Source of the DNA: a virus
Taxonomy: Duplodnaviria; Caudoviricetes
Length of the DNA stretch: 64,000 bases
Direction: 5' to 3' (one strand)
Virus record (IMG/VR): IMGVR_UViG_3300021093_000004
Positions 48,897 through 58,388 of the stretch are shown one piece after another; position 1 is the first letter of the stretch; each line of letters begins with the position of its first letter. The translations under genes and the position numbers were made by a program. Below the pieces are notes generated by a model that worked only from the letters and a program-made list of their open reading frames with translations, was not told the origin of the DNA and searched no databases.

Positions 48897-49411
48897 TGCG
48901 TGTTAAAGTTGAACAATTCTGTTCATTGGCTACATCACCATCTTGGCAAGCATGGTTGTACCATTTCAATGCCGAATTATATCGCCGATTTATCAAACGG
49001 TTACAGGAATCACGCGGTTGCAATCAAAATCGCGATTTGATGACTGAGATACTGCGAGAAATCGATACTTCTGGTGGTAGTGATGCATTAGGAACATTTC
49101 TATCAAAACATTACCCACATATGATTGAAGGACTGGAACGCATCCAACCAATCCAGTCAAGTGGTAGTGTTTTTGAATATTATAATCCAAATATCCTAAC
49201 TTACCCGCGTCGTATAATCTTTACTGGTGATTTGCGTAGCCTTCGGCATACCATCAATGAATTCGTTTTGGACAAAATTAAACATGATAGTATCATCGTT
49301 GGAAATACGGCATACATAGAGTATCTGACTTCCGACGATAGTGCTATTGTGGATAAAATTCCAGACCAAAATTGGCAAATACCTGCTTATCGCTTGCGGA
49401 CATTTAAGTGA
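48896..49411 (+). CDS. Hypothetical protein
   Basis: Coupled to the previous gene. Confidence 0.5.
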   Translation: MRVKVEQFCSLATSPSWQAWLYHFNAELYRRFIKRLQESRGCNQNRDLMTEILREIDTSGGSDALGTFLSKHYPHMIEGLERIQPIQSSGSVFEYYNPNILTYPRRIIFTGDLRSLRHTINEFVLDKIKHDSIIVGNTAYIEYLTSDDSAIVDKIPDQNWQIPAYRLRTFK

Positions 49412-49443
49412 TATCGAGCGATTTTTAGGACCAGATTGTATCC

Positions 49444-49454
49444 ACGCAAAATTG
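49444..49454 (+). promoter_or_regulatory. Candidate late-promoter motif (ACGCAAAATTG)
   Basis: 7 nt upstream of the ATG of the large core-like gene. Confidence 0.45.
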
Positions 49455-49460
49455 ATACAG

Positions 49461-52400
49461 ATGAGTCTCTTTGGAACAATTGCTGGCGAGTCTACAATGG
49501 ATATAACGCAACATTCTACAACGGAAATTCGTTTAAATAAACTTGGTCAACCAGAATTAGTACGCAAACGCAAAGGAAAACGACCAGAAGGTACTTTAAG
49601 TGAATTAGCAGATGATATCTCACATCTGTTGGAATATATGGAATTTGGCGGTCCAATGCCAGCCATGTCGCCTGAGCAACCCCCAAATGATCGTGCTTTA
49701 AATCAGTCACCAGAACTGGTTGCATCTCGTGGTGATCAGATACGTAACCATGACGAAACGATCACCAACATGGGAGGATCGACTCCGATGGCTGCTGATT
49801 CTCCGGAATTAAGCAGGGTCAAAAGTAGATTACAAGCAACCGCCACAGGCAACAAAGTTCGAAACAAATATATTGCAGGCTCTACGGGTGTAGGCATTGA
49901 TTATAGTGCCCCACGAACCGAAAGCTTTACTGGGACATCAGGGATTGCAATAGCCCCCACTCAATACAATGTCATCGGTGATGATGACGATGAGGAAGAA
50001 TCAAACCAAGCGTCGGAGAGTAATATGAAGAGGACAATCGATGATCTTCTGCTTGAATGGGAGCCGGAATTCAAGGGTGGCGAATACAGCCCTGGCGACT
50101 ATCAAATGGTAAGCCCATCTGGGGATGGTGTTGTTAAGCGGAAGCCAAAGCAAGATCGTACTGGTGCGTTTGACACCGATACGACTGAAGCTGGCAAGCC
50201 ATTTCCGGGCAAGCACAAAGTCACTGCGGCTATGTGCGATGTCGATGAAGATGGCGTTGAAAACAAGCCTCAAGGTGGTCATGAAAGCAGCGTTGGCGAG
50301 CCAACAGACGGCCATCAGTCGAAAATGGGCCACGACTGGCCGAAGAAAGCAAAGCACTCCGGTGGCGGAGTTGCAGAGCCATTTAGCGGCACACGTTGGA
50401 GCGACGGTGGTACTCTCGAAAGCGGGAGTGGATCGGACGACAATAACTATAGCAAAGGCAGCCCTGGATCGCCAAAAGGAGGCCCTCGGATGGGCGAACC
50501 GATGGAATGGTCTCCAGAGAAAATCGGTCAACTGCTCGGCGAAGAAGCAGACTTGCAGAATCTGTTCGACAGTTATGCTCGGACATCGCCACAAGTTCAC
50601 GTTGAAGGCTTCCAAGAACTGTGTGACGCACACGGTTTAGGGGTGATGCTCGATGAATCATCACTGCTTGGTCTGATGGCAGCCAATCAAGAATTCATGT
50701 TCCATGAATATGGCGACTCTAACGGAACATATTGGTTGGCCGAAGAAGCCGAGGAGACCCACCGGAATATAGATTGGGACTGTGAATTTTTTCATGGGGA
50801 CAATGAAGAAGCTCTCCTGGCAGCTACGCTGAATGACATCCAATTGGAGGAACTTCCTTCTTTTATCAGAACACTAAACGATTTCTTGGATAGTCCGGGC
50901 TACGTGACCGGTTCCTACCCAGAAGAATGGAAAATCGACAATATAAAACTGGACGGAAGCGACGACGCCATTATTCACCTGCGAAATGGAGATACGTTCG
51001 ATATCTCCTCTGAAACATCTTTCTTGGACATCATTAAGTTGCTGGCCCCCCCGATTACCGAGGGTGTAATATCCGAGTTGCAAATCCGGTCCCCGGAGGA
51101 GGAAGCTAGTCTGTTTAAAGGCCGGTATCCCACTGGTGATCCGCACTACGACGACGATTACAATGCCCGCCTTAAAGCTGGCCGTGACCCCATGGATCGC
51201 TTTGGTTCTGGTCCAATGGGAGCCGCTGATGAGTACGGCGACGATGAGTTCGGCGACGATGAGTTCGGCGACGATGAGTACGGCGACGATGAGTTCGGCG
51301 AAATGATGCATGGTGAGGAAGACATTCCTCAAGAAGAAGCCCCGTACTTCGAAGGTCGTGAAATCGTCACCGGTCCGCAGATGAATGAGTCGCTTGGCAA
51401 ATTCATGACATCGGCACGCTCACTGATCGAAAACAGCAAGGGTGTGAATCGAAGAGATATTGCTAACGCTCTGAACCGTTCGTGGGAATTCCACGCTGGA
51501 AACATTAATGCTGCGACCACTCCGACGAAAGTTCAAGGGACTCTTCGCCAGATGATGGAAAGTTTTCCGGGCTTCAATCCATTGCTGAATGAAGCTGGAA
51601 AGGATGCGATGGAATCTGCTTCCGGGAAGGCCATTACCGCTGATGGAATGAAGCAATCGCCGCATTTGAACAAGCAGCCCGGTCCGGATGAAATGGAGCA
51701 ACACGGCAGCAAAGATAATCCTCTTAAACGTGATCAAAAGAACACGTACACTTCGACCCCGATCATGAAGGGCACGGAGAAGGGATTGACTGGTACCGGA
51801 AAAGTCAAGGAAGAAAGTAAACTCTCCGGACCGAATGCCGCTATCCTTCGAGACAATGTGAACAAACTTGCGAAGAAAATCCGCGAGTCGATCCGCGAAT
51901 CTGCCAAAGGGCTTCGCGGGAAACACACCGTGAATTTCTCGATCGTGGTAGCCGAAGGCAATGCCAAAACGCGAACTCCAACCCGGTCACAATTGGTTGA
52001 GGCCGTTGCCGATCTGGAAGAAGTTTTGCAATTCCACCCGCTTGACGATGTTACATTCGAGACGCGGTTCAAAGACATCAAGGGGCACGTAGTGCTCAAG
52101 AACGATGTTCCGCTCGCGACCATCAATCAACGTGGGCCAATCGTTGCCGAAGGACGAGCGATCTTTCGATTCACACGAAACGCCGAGCTCTTCGCCAACG
52201 AATTGGTGGTTGAAGGGGTCACATGCCGCATTCAGCCACACAATTGGGGCACTGCGGTAGCAGCGAAAGTGACGCTGGAAAGTGCTACCGCTGCCTTCCG
52301 TGTCCTCACTGAAAAAAAAAAGAAGTCATTAAAGGACGCTTGTTGGGAAGGTTACGAAGCGATCGGATTCAAAAAGGGTAAAGGCGGAAAAGAGGTACCA

Positions 52401-52751
52401 AATTGTGTGCCTATGAATGAGAATATCCGCGATAGCAATGGCTTAAATTATAATTCAGATAGGCACCAGAAGGCAAATATAAGAACTAACAGAGGCACCA
52501 AAGTAGTGCTTTATCCACAACAGCAACTAACACCCACTCGCCGCTTTGTCGAACTGATCACTTGGCAATTCGACAGAGGATATGTGACACCTCTCCGAAA
52601 TTCGCGTAGTCAATTAAGTTGGTATATTAGTCGAGAACTGCCGAAGTTGTACCGCCCAAGCCCAGATGACTTTATAAATGTGGATATGCGGAGTGTTGTA
52701 GGCCCGTTCTCGACCAAAAGGGATGCGTTGGAGGCATTAAATCTAAACTAG
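49461..52751 (+). CDS. Large low-complexity protein, probable head-internal/core protein
   Basis: Start inferred 7 nt after ACGCAAAATTG; 15-bp GDDEF repeats; CWEGYEAIGFKKGKGGKEVPNCVP motif. Confidence 0.6.
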   Translation: MSLFGTIAGESTMDITQHSTTEIRLNKLGQPELVRKRKGKRPEGTLSELADDISHLLEYMEFGGPMPAMSPEQPPNDRALNQSPELVASRGDQIRNHDETITNMGGSTPMAADSPELSRVKSRLQATATGNKVRNKYIAGSTGVGIDYSAPRTESFTGTSGIAIAPTQYNVIGDDDDEEESNQASESNMKRTIDDLLLEWEPEFKGGEYSPGDYQMVSPSGDGVVKRKPKQDRTGAFDTDTTEAGKPFPGKHKVTAAMCDVDEDGVENKPQGGHESSVGEPTDGHQSKMGHDWPKKAKHSGGGVAEPFSGTRWSDGGTLESGSGSDDNNYSKGSPGSPKGGPRMGEPMEWSPEKIGQLLGEEADLQNLFDSYARTSPQVHVEGFQELCDAHGLGVMLDESSLLGLMAANQEFMFHEYGDSNGTYWLAEEAEETHRNIDWDCEFFHGDNEEALLAATLNDIQLEELPSFIRTLNDFLDSPGYVTGSYPEEWKIDNIKLDGSDDAIIHLRNGDTFDISSETSFLDIIKLLAPPITEGVISELQIRSPEEEASLFKGRYPTGDPHYDDDYNARLKAGRDPMDRFGSGPMGAADEYGDDEFGDDEFGDDEYGDDEFGEMMHGEEDIPQEEAPYFEGREIVTGPQMNESLGKFMTSARSLIENSKGVNRRDIANALNRSWEFHAGNINAATTPTKVQGTLRQMMESFPGFNPLLNEAGKDAMESASGKAITADGMKQSPHLNKQPGPDEMEQHGSKDNPLKRDQKNTYTSTPIMKGTEKGLTGTGKVKEESKLSGPNAAILRDNVNKLAKKIRESIRESAKGLRGKHTVNFSIVVAEGNAKTRTPTRSQLVEAVADLEEVLQFHPLDDVTFETRFKDIKGHVVLKNDVPLATINQRGPIVAEGRAIFRFTRNAELFANELVVEGVTCRIQPHNWGTAVAAKVTLESATAAFRVLTEKKKKSLKDACWEGYEAIGFKKGKGGKEVPNCVPMNENIRDSNGLNYNSDRHQKANIRTNRGTKVVLYPQQQLTPTRRFVELITWQFDRGYVTPLRNSRSQLSWYISRELPKLYRPSPDDFINVDMRSVVGPFSTKRDALEALNLN

Positions 52752-52864
52752 GATGCCAAAGCGGTTAACGCAACCAGAAGGCTATATGATATTATTGGTG
52801 GTGATACCAAACGATAGGCAGAATCCCGAAATCTAGATAATTTGGAGCGGGAGGTGAGCTTAGA

Positions 52865-53440
52865 ATGCGTCTTAACAGCATATGGTTAGAATATAAAGGA
52901 TACCATCAGGCACCGGATGCTGAAAATGGTGCTCCTATGCATGACCTTAAGACAATATACCCAGACGATATATATTCGTTTGATGGTGCTAGAATATACG
53001 GTTCTGGAGAACCATATGATCAACAGGCCATATTAATATTAAGACTAGCACGAGGCAAGCCTAATTATCCTGTCAAGGTGTTTAGAGCTGTTCCTAAAGT
53101 TATTACTAAACAGCAACATATACAAGATCTGATAGATCAAAAAAAATACATATTAAAACGTGGTAAGATACCTCCTAGAATCAATACCCATATGGATTCA
53201 AGTGAATATTACGAGTATATATCAGATCAGCTAGAACAAATAGAAAAATCAAACGCACTGCCAGAGAGAGTGCAGATCAATCCGGGTGATTGGGTGACGA
53301 TTAGTAGAGAATACGCTGTGTTACACGGAAGATCTTCTCTAAAGGGCGCGTACAGAATACTATCTAAAACAGTCAGGGCTAAAGACCTGTTCACAGAGGG
53401 AAACAGTTTGCACGAATGGGGCTATTTCCCTGCTGCCTAA
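52865..53440 (+). CDS. Putative ADP-ribosyltransferase-fold protein with MRLNSIWLE N-terminus
   Basis: VFRAV (R), GDWVTIS (S/T), GNSLHEWGY (E). Confidence 0.5.
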   Translation: MRLNSIWLEYKGYHQAPDAENGAPMHDLKTIYPDDIYSFDGARIYGSGEPYDQQAILILRLARGKPNYPVKVFRAVPKVITKQQHIQDLIDQKKYILKRGKIPPRINTHMDSSEYYEYISDQLEQIEKSNALPERVQINPGDWVTISREYAVLHGRSSLKGAYRILSKTVRAKDLFTEGNSLHEWGYFPAA

Positions 53441-53443
53441 CAT

Positions 53444-53474
53444 GCCCCGTTAGTCTAGAAGTTAGGACGCGCGC
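53444..53474 (+). pseudogene. 5' half of a tRNA-like sequence
   Basis: GCCCCGTTAGTCTAGAAGTTAGGACGCGCGC resembles an acceptor 5' strand plus D-arm; no T-arm follows. Confidence 0.4.
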
Positions 53475-53522
53475 AGTAAGCCATTACCCGGTACGGTAGA
53501 TTCTCCAAGCGGAAGATTGAAT

Positions 53523-54101
53523 ATGCGTTTATCTATAATCAATGAAACCGCCGTACATTTCCACGACGGAATTGCTGATACATATTCGCGATATGTTGCT
53601 GTCCACGGGGATATTAATGACGGTATACCAGAAATAGTGTATGCAGCACTCGATTCTTTGGGTCACGGCAATCTTAGTTATATACAAACTAAAATTAGAC
53701 CACATTTTTTGGGCTGGATTGGTTATTATGTTCGCGATGGCGTTTTAATCATTACTGAGATACAATCAGATGTTTTGGAAAAATTATCAAATTCTGAGAT
53801 TCATAATATTGGAGATTTAAATACACAATCCATAGTCAAAAAATATCGATCCAGAATTGACAATCGATATAGCCGTTGGATTGACAATGCTTTGTTGTAC
53901 ATCGAGTCACAATTAATACCAAGTCTTAATGATCAACGGCAACAATGTCCCCACGGTCCTGAATCAAAGATCGATTCAATATCAGTAGAACTACCGCGTA
54001 ATTTGGAACTAGGGACTAGGTTAATGCGAATGATTTCAGCACTTGGGCGTGCTGGTTATCGCAAAATAGACCAACATACCTTTAATAAGAAGTTGATTTA
54101 A
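53523..54101 (+). CDS. Hypothetical protein with MRLSIINE N-terminus
   Basis: ORF with ATG at 53523. Confidence 0.6.
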   Translation: MRLSIINETAVHFHDGIADTYSRYVAVHGDINDGIPEIVYAALDSLGHGNLSYIQTKIRPHFLGWIGYYVRDGVLIITEIQSDVLEKLSNSEIHNIGDLNTQSIVKKYRSRIDNRYSRWIDNALLYIESQLIPSLNDQRQQCPHGPESKIDSISVELPRNLELGTRLMRMISALGRAGYRKIDQHTFNKKLI

Positions 54102-54157
54102 CGCAGTCTTGTGTGCTGTAACAAGGCTGTAGATCAGCTGCGTACCGGAAATTAGCG

Positions 54158-54502
54158 ATGCAGTATCCAATCAAAATACTCGCACACAATCCTGCGAATT
54201 CGTCAGCCATTTCTTGGAGACGGATACATCTTATTACGAAGCAGGCGGTTACTGCACAGGCTAGAGCCAGCGATTCGTATAGTTGTGTATGCCGTATAAC
54301 CAAGGAGTATGTGGCCCCTGATGGGACAATCCGTATAGACGAATCGTTCGAAGAGGAAAGTGGGTGTCATGTTCTTTACAATTACATGTGGGATTTGACC
54401 GGTGCTAAAATCGGCGACTCTTCCCCTCCCCTGCCAAAGTCAATTGTCACAAAGGTGAGTAGTCCGCCGTGGCCGTCACCGGGCGACAAGGGCCTAGCGT
54501 AA
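54158..54502 (+). CDS. Hypothetical protein
   Basis: 114-codon ORF. Confidence 0.45.
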   Translation: MQYPIKILAHNPANSSAISWRRIHLITKQAVTAQARASDSYSCVCRITKEYVAPDGTIRIDESFEEESGCHVLYNYMWDLTGAKIGDSSPPLPKSIVTKVSSPPWPSPGDKGLA

Positions 54503-54519
54503 TAGCTAGGCCCTTGTTG
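54484..54519. terminator. 15-bp hairpin overlapping a gene end
   Basis: CGACAAGGGCCTAGC-gtaata-GCTAGGCCCTTGTTG. Confidence 0.65.
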
Positions 54520-54538
54520 TATATGAGCTTGTTCTGTA

Positions 54539-54871
54539 TTGAATTTACAGAGCATGTTACCTCACGAAATAGAATCAGAACTGTTTTATTTGAAGAATCG
54601 TGTAAGCGACACGATCATCGAATATATTACCGATGAATTCTGGAAGTATAGATTAAGAATAACTTGTGTTGATAATTGCGACGTTTATGTTTATTTCGAT
54701 TTTGAAGGCCCTAAGAATACGAAGGGCGAATTAAGAATCGATAGATTTCAGAAAACATTCGAAATATCTGCTAGAAATGATGATGTGGTAGTTCTTCCTG
54801 TGTCTGGAGATTGGTCGGTGGTCCTCAAATTCTTAACAATGTTGGTTGCTTCGCGATCATCAACTGATTAG
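54539..54871 (+). CDS. Hypothetical protein
   Basis: 110-codon ORF. Confidence 0.45.
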   Translation: MNLQSMLPHEIESELFYLKNRVSDTIIEYITDEFWKYRLRITCVDNCDVYVYFDFEGPKNTKGELRIDRFQKTFEISARNDDVVVLPVSGDWSVVLKFLTMLVASRSSTD

Positions 54872-55161
54872 GTATTCAATAATTTCATCTATAGCATAAT
54901 TTGGCTATTTGTCAGTTCTTCACAATAACAATGGTGTGGCTATCATATGCGGATATAATATGTTGGTATAAGTTAATTCTGATTCTAGTAAGTAGAATCT
55001 GCTGCCAGCGATTCGATGGCAGCGACTGCTTGGTGCATTTCTACCGGGGTCATTCTTTTCTGTTATTTGCCAGACTGAAAAGTCTTGGAGATATTGTCCG
55101 AAAATGAATATGGTATATATTCGGTGCTTGTGCTCATAAAATCTCAACACGGAGAATTTTC

Positions 55162-55644
55162 ATGGACGACTTCTTACCCAAAATCGGCGACCCAATCGGC
55201 GAACCCGCACCATCTGTATTTGAACTCGTGTTGGGCGACTATTTGAATTTCATAAACCCTAAAGATTACGGTATTGATGAACAGTCAATTAATCCGTCTG
55301 ACTATTTCGTCACAAGTGGCGATGCGGTCGAAAAAACCAAAGTCCTTGAGCGTGATCTTTGGAATCTTGCGGGTGAATTACGCAAGAAATGTTATAATAT
55401 CATAGCCGAGGAAAATTCCTGCACTTATGTACAAGCTCAGGAAATGTACCGTACGGGAACGCGCCCGCAAAACCCGGCAAAACTGAGAGATTTCGAAACG
55501 GAAATTTGGAAGTCTGCTGGCGCAAGCCGAAAACTACTGAATGCCTTAATTAAGGCAAAGGGTCCGAACATTTTTCTTGAAACCGAGTGGGATAGTCACC
55601 ATTTGCTGTGCATCCCTAAAAACCCACGGAAAGTGACGCAATGA
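55162..55644 (+). CDS. Hypothetical protein
   Basis: GGAG RBS; coupled to tmk. Confidence 0.6.
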   Translation: MDDFLPKIGDPIGEPAPSVFELVLGDYLNFINPKDYGIDEQSINPSDYFVTSGDAVEKTKVLERDLWNLAGELRKKCYNIIAEENSCTYVQAQEMYRTGTRPQNPAKLRDFETEIWKSAGASRKLLNALIKAKGPNIFLETEWDSHHLLCIPKNPRKVTQ

Positions 55645-56342
55645 GCGGATTGTATGTTATCTTCGAAGGTAACGACGGAGCCGGAAAAACGACTACTATG
55701 ACGGCTGTCGCGGAGGAAATGAAGCGACGGTATCCGAATTTCGATCCGATCCTGACCCATCATCCAGGAAGTACACCGCTGGGGTCATATTTAAGGAAAT
55801 TGGTCAAGTTTCCTGAACAAATTGATCCGAATATCCGTATTGATGACTTGTCTCGTCAAATGCTGTATATGGTCGATACGGTTAGCTTCATCCGGACACT
55901 GCTCGAACCTGCTTTGGAACAAAATAAGGCTATTTTTGCTGACCGAAGTTCATTCATCAGTGCTCTAGTTTATGGTCTGGCCGATGGTTTGAGTTTGCAT
56001 GATATCACGAGACTATTCGATATCATCACGCCGCCAAAGGCCAATCGACTATATGTGTTACAATGTCCATGGTTAGTAGGAAAGCAGCGAATTCAAGCTG
56101 ACCGTGGGACATTGGATCATTATGATCGTAAACCAGCCGAATTTTTCAACAAAATCGAACAGCTTTACCAGAACTTGATCACCGGCCCATCTGATCGAAC
56201 TATTCTTATTACACGGTCTGTGGCATTGGATGACATTGTGTATATTGACACCACCATGCCGCGAGACCGTGTTATAAAAACGATCGCTGATGATCTGTCT
56301 AGGTTGATTCAAGAACTAGGCGTTTTACCACCAACGGAATAG
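55641..56342 (+). CDS. tmk: Thymidylate kinase
   Basis: IFEGNDGAGKTT P-loop; HPG; FADRS. Confidence 0.88.
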   Translation: MSGLYVIFEGNDGAGKTTTMTAVAEEMKRRYPNFDPILTHHPGSTPLGSYLRKLVKFPEQIDPNIRIDDLSRQMLYMVDTVSFIRTLLEPALEQNKAIFADRSSFISALVYGLADGLSLHDITRLFDIITPPKANRLYVLQCPWLVGKQRIQADRGTLDHYDRKPAEFFNKIEQLYQNLITGPSDRTILITRSVALDDIVYIDTTMPRDRVIKTIADDLSRLIQELGVLPPTE

Positions 56343-56627
56343 GGAGATTACGCGATTGACAAGACGACGTATTGACGACTCGTTTTGTTGTTCGTCAGAT
56401 CTCGCAGTCTGGTGTGGAGGCTTAGCTTCAGGAGGATGAAGTTTAATCTTCATCTTTTGCAAGCGAAGCTCAGCCTGATATTCCGATTGTGGGATCGAAC
56501 TTGCAGATACGACCTGTAATCCTTGTTGACGGAGCCTTAGAGCGAGATGACTAAATGATGGGCTGGCGATAACACCATCCACCATTGCCATCTGATCGTC
56601 ATAAGCTCTAAATCTCCAGTAACTCAT
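56325..56627 (-). CDS. Small protein resembling the PilC/GspF N-terminal region
   Basis: WRFRAYD..VDGVIASPS...LALRLRQQGLQVVS matches the F.Y.A....G.I.A.....A...LR.QGL pattern. Confidence 0.5.
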   Translation of the reverse strand: MSYWRFRAYDDQMAMVDGVIASPSFSHLALRLRQQGLQVVSASSIPQSEYQAELRLQKMKIKLHPPEAKPPHQTARSDEQQNESSIRRLVNRVISLFRWW

Positions 56628-56643
56628 AACGTGGACACCACAA

Positions 56644-57168
56644 ATGACTCATGAAAATGTAACCGATGCATCCGATGGTTTGGAACAATACACCAGGATT
56701 CCAAGAAAAATTATACCTCTGGAGACTGTGATGGTCCGCAAAGTTCGAATGGAAGTCCGCCTGATTCATCCTCAGGCTAAATTGCCATTCCGAAAACGCG
56801 AAACCGACGCTGGATACGATATCTATTCCATCGAAAATATTGTCTTGCCCCCGAAAGGGGCCATATTAGTCAAGACTGGTATTGAAATATCTGCTCCACC
56901 AGGATATTATTACACCATCGAAGGCCGATCTAGCCTCTGGCGGCAAGGTGTTTTCCCGAATCGTGGTATCATTGATTCAACGTACTGCGGCGAAGTCGTG
57001 GTATCATTAGTCAATGTGAATGACTTTTCATTTGATGTCGTTGCAGGTGATCGTATTGCACAGATTATACTCAGCAGACAATATGATGCTGAGTTTGAGA
57101 TGGTTGAAGAGTTTAGCCCGCTGTATAACCAGCGGGGGACAGATGGATTTGGTAGTACCGGACGTTAG
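56644..57168 (+). CDS. dut: Trimeric dUTPase
   Basis: DAGYD, GRSSL, GIIDSTYCGE, GDRIAQ, RGTDGFGSTG. Confidence 0.93.
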   Translation: MTHENVTDASDGLEQYTRIPRKIIPLETVMVRKVRMEVRLIHPQAKLPFRKRETDAGYDIYSIENIVLPPKGAILVKTGIEISAPPGYYYTIEGRSSLWRQGVFPNRGIIDSTYCGEVVVSLVNVNDFSFDVVAGDRIAQIILSRQYDAEFEMVEEFSPLYNQRGTDGFGSTGR

Positions 57169-57187
57169 GGCAATCTAGGAGGCTCAG

Positions 57188-57535
57188 GTGAGAATCGATA
57201 TGATGGATCGCACATGTAACGCAACACCAACGGAGACCGCTCAAATGGAGAAATGGGTCGTCGCCTATGCCAAAATATTATTGGATAAAGATATTGGTGT
57301 GATGCTGCAAGGTGTCTATTTTGGTGGCATAGGCGACACACCGGACGAGGCTGAAGTCATCGCCCGCGAGTGTGTCAACACGATTAAGGGAGGAACGATT
57401 CTGCCTAAAGTTGTTAAAGTCACTGACGAATTTACGGTAATCGATGCATTGTATGAAGCTTTTGACCGGTTCGAAAGTACGACCAAGAGGATGCAAGAAG
57501 CTGAATCAATCCTTAATCGCGGTAAAAAGAAATGA
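57188..57535 (+). CDS. Hypothetical protein
   Basis: GGAGG RBS, GTG start. Confidence 0.55.
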   Translation: MRIDMMDRTCNATPTETAQMEKWVVAYAKILLDKDIGVMLQGVYFGGIGDTPDEAEVIARECVNTIKGGTILPKVVKVTDEFTVIDALYEAFDRFESTTKRMQEAESILNRGKKK

Positions 57536-57831
57536 TATGGTTCGAAAAGACTTGCACTGCTAAGAACCAACCAGATGGCTCATCCATCGTGCTTCGCGGG
57601 ATTTATAATCCGCCAGGACGTTCGGAAGCATCAGCAATAATCCAGATCAAACTCGATATAACAATAGCTCCCGAAGATACCATAATCTATCGCGTCATGT
57701 ATGAGCACAACCCATCGATGCTCAGACAGGAAGACCCCGATCCATCAGATATTCTTTTCAAGTATCAGGCTCAAGTCAATCGAGTTATCGATCGATTGAC
57801 TAGAGTGGACTTTGAATCTTTTATTCGGTAG
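57532..57831 (+). CDS. Hypothetical protein
   Basis: Coupled ORF. Confidence 0.5.
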   Translation: MIWFEKTCTAKNQPDGSSIVLRGIYNPPGRSEASAIIQIKLDITIAPEDTIIYRVMYEHNPSMLRQEDPDPSDILFKYQAQVNRVIDRLTRVDFESFIR

Positions 57832-58375
57832 TTTCTGGTGCTTCCGTTTCCATCTCTTTTGACGGTTCTCGCTCAAGCGATTCAGAAGCCGACCCGCCGC
57901 CTTCTAGTGCCGCCTCTGACTCTGGAGAGGCCACGGCTGGGTCATCTTTGGGTGGGTCCGGCTCGTCGAATTCGATTTGATATATCGGAAGTCGCACTCC
58001 ACAACATCTTTTGTTTATGTCAGGTTCTTCCTTAGCCAACGGCGAAGTGTCTCGAAACCATTGTGGGTGGCATATGCACAAGCCATTCGAAAATTCTATG
58101 TCCAGCCCGAATGCCATACCGTTATGATCTGTAACGCCATCTTGGATTACTTGGCCGTCTTTAAGCAGTTTCCATTTGTATCCGCGAGCAATCTGACCTT
58201 TGTATTTGCACACTAATACGGTATCCATCCCCATAAAGCTATTGTCTGGGGATGGCTGCTTCATTCCAAGGAATGGAGAACGTCGCATTTCGCGACGCAT
58301 ATAGATATACAATTCACTTGCGGCTTGTTCAGTGATGAAATAATCGTGGGCTGTAATTGTGAATGACGCAATCAT
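57821..58375 (-). CDS. Hypothetical protein
   Basis: Downstream of a large structural gene on the same strand. Confidence 0.5.
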   Translation of the reverse strand: MIASFTITAHDYFITEQAASELYIYMRREMRRSPFLGMKQPSPDNSFMGMDTVLVCKYKGQIARGYKWKLLKDGQVIQDGVTDHNGMAFGLDIEFSNGLCICHPQWFRDTSPLAKEEPDINKRCCGVRLPIYQIEFDEPDPPKDDPAVASPESEAALEGGGSASESLEREPSKEMETEAPETTE

Positions 58376-58388
58376 AAACCTATCTATG

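Noticed and set aside
49341-49460. Upstream GTG start for the large core-like gene
   Set aside because: It overlaps the previous gene; the ATG at 49461 follows the candidate promoter motif
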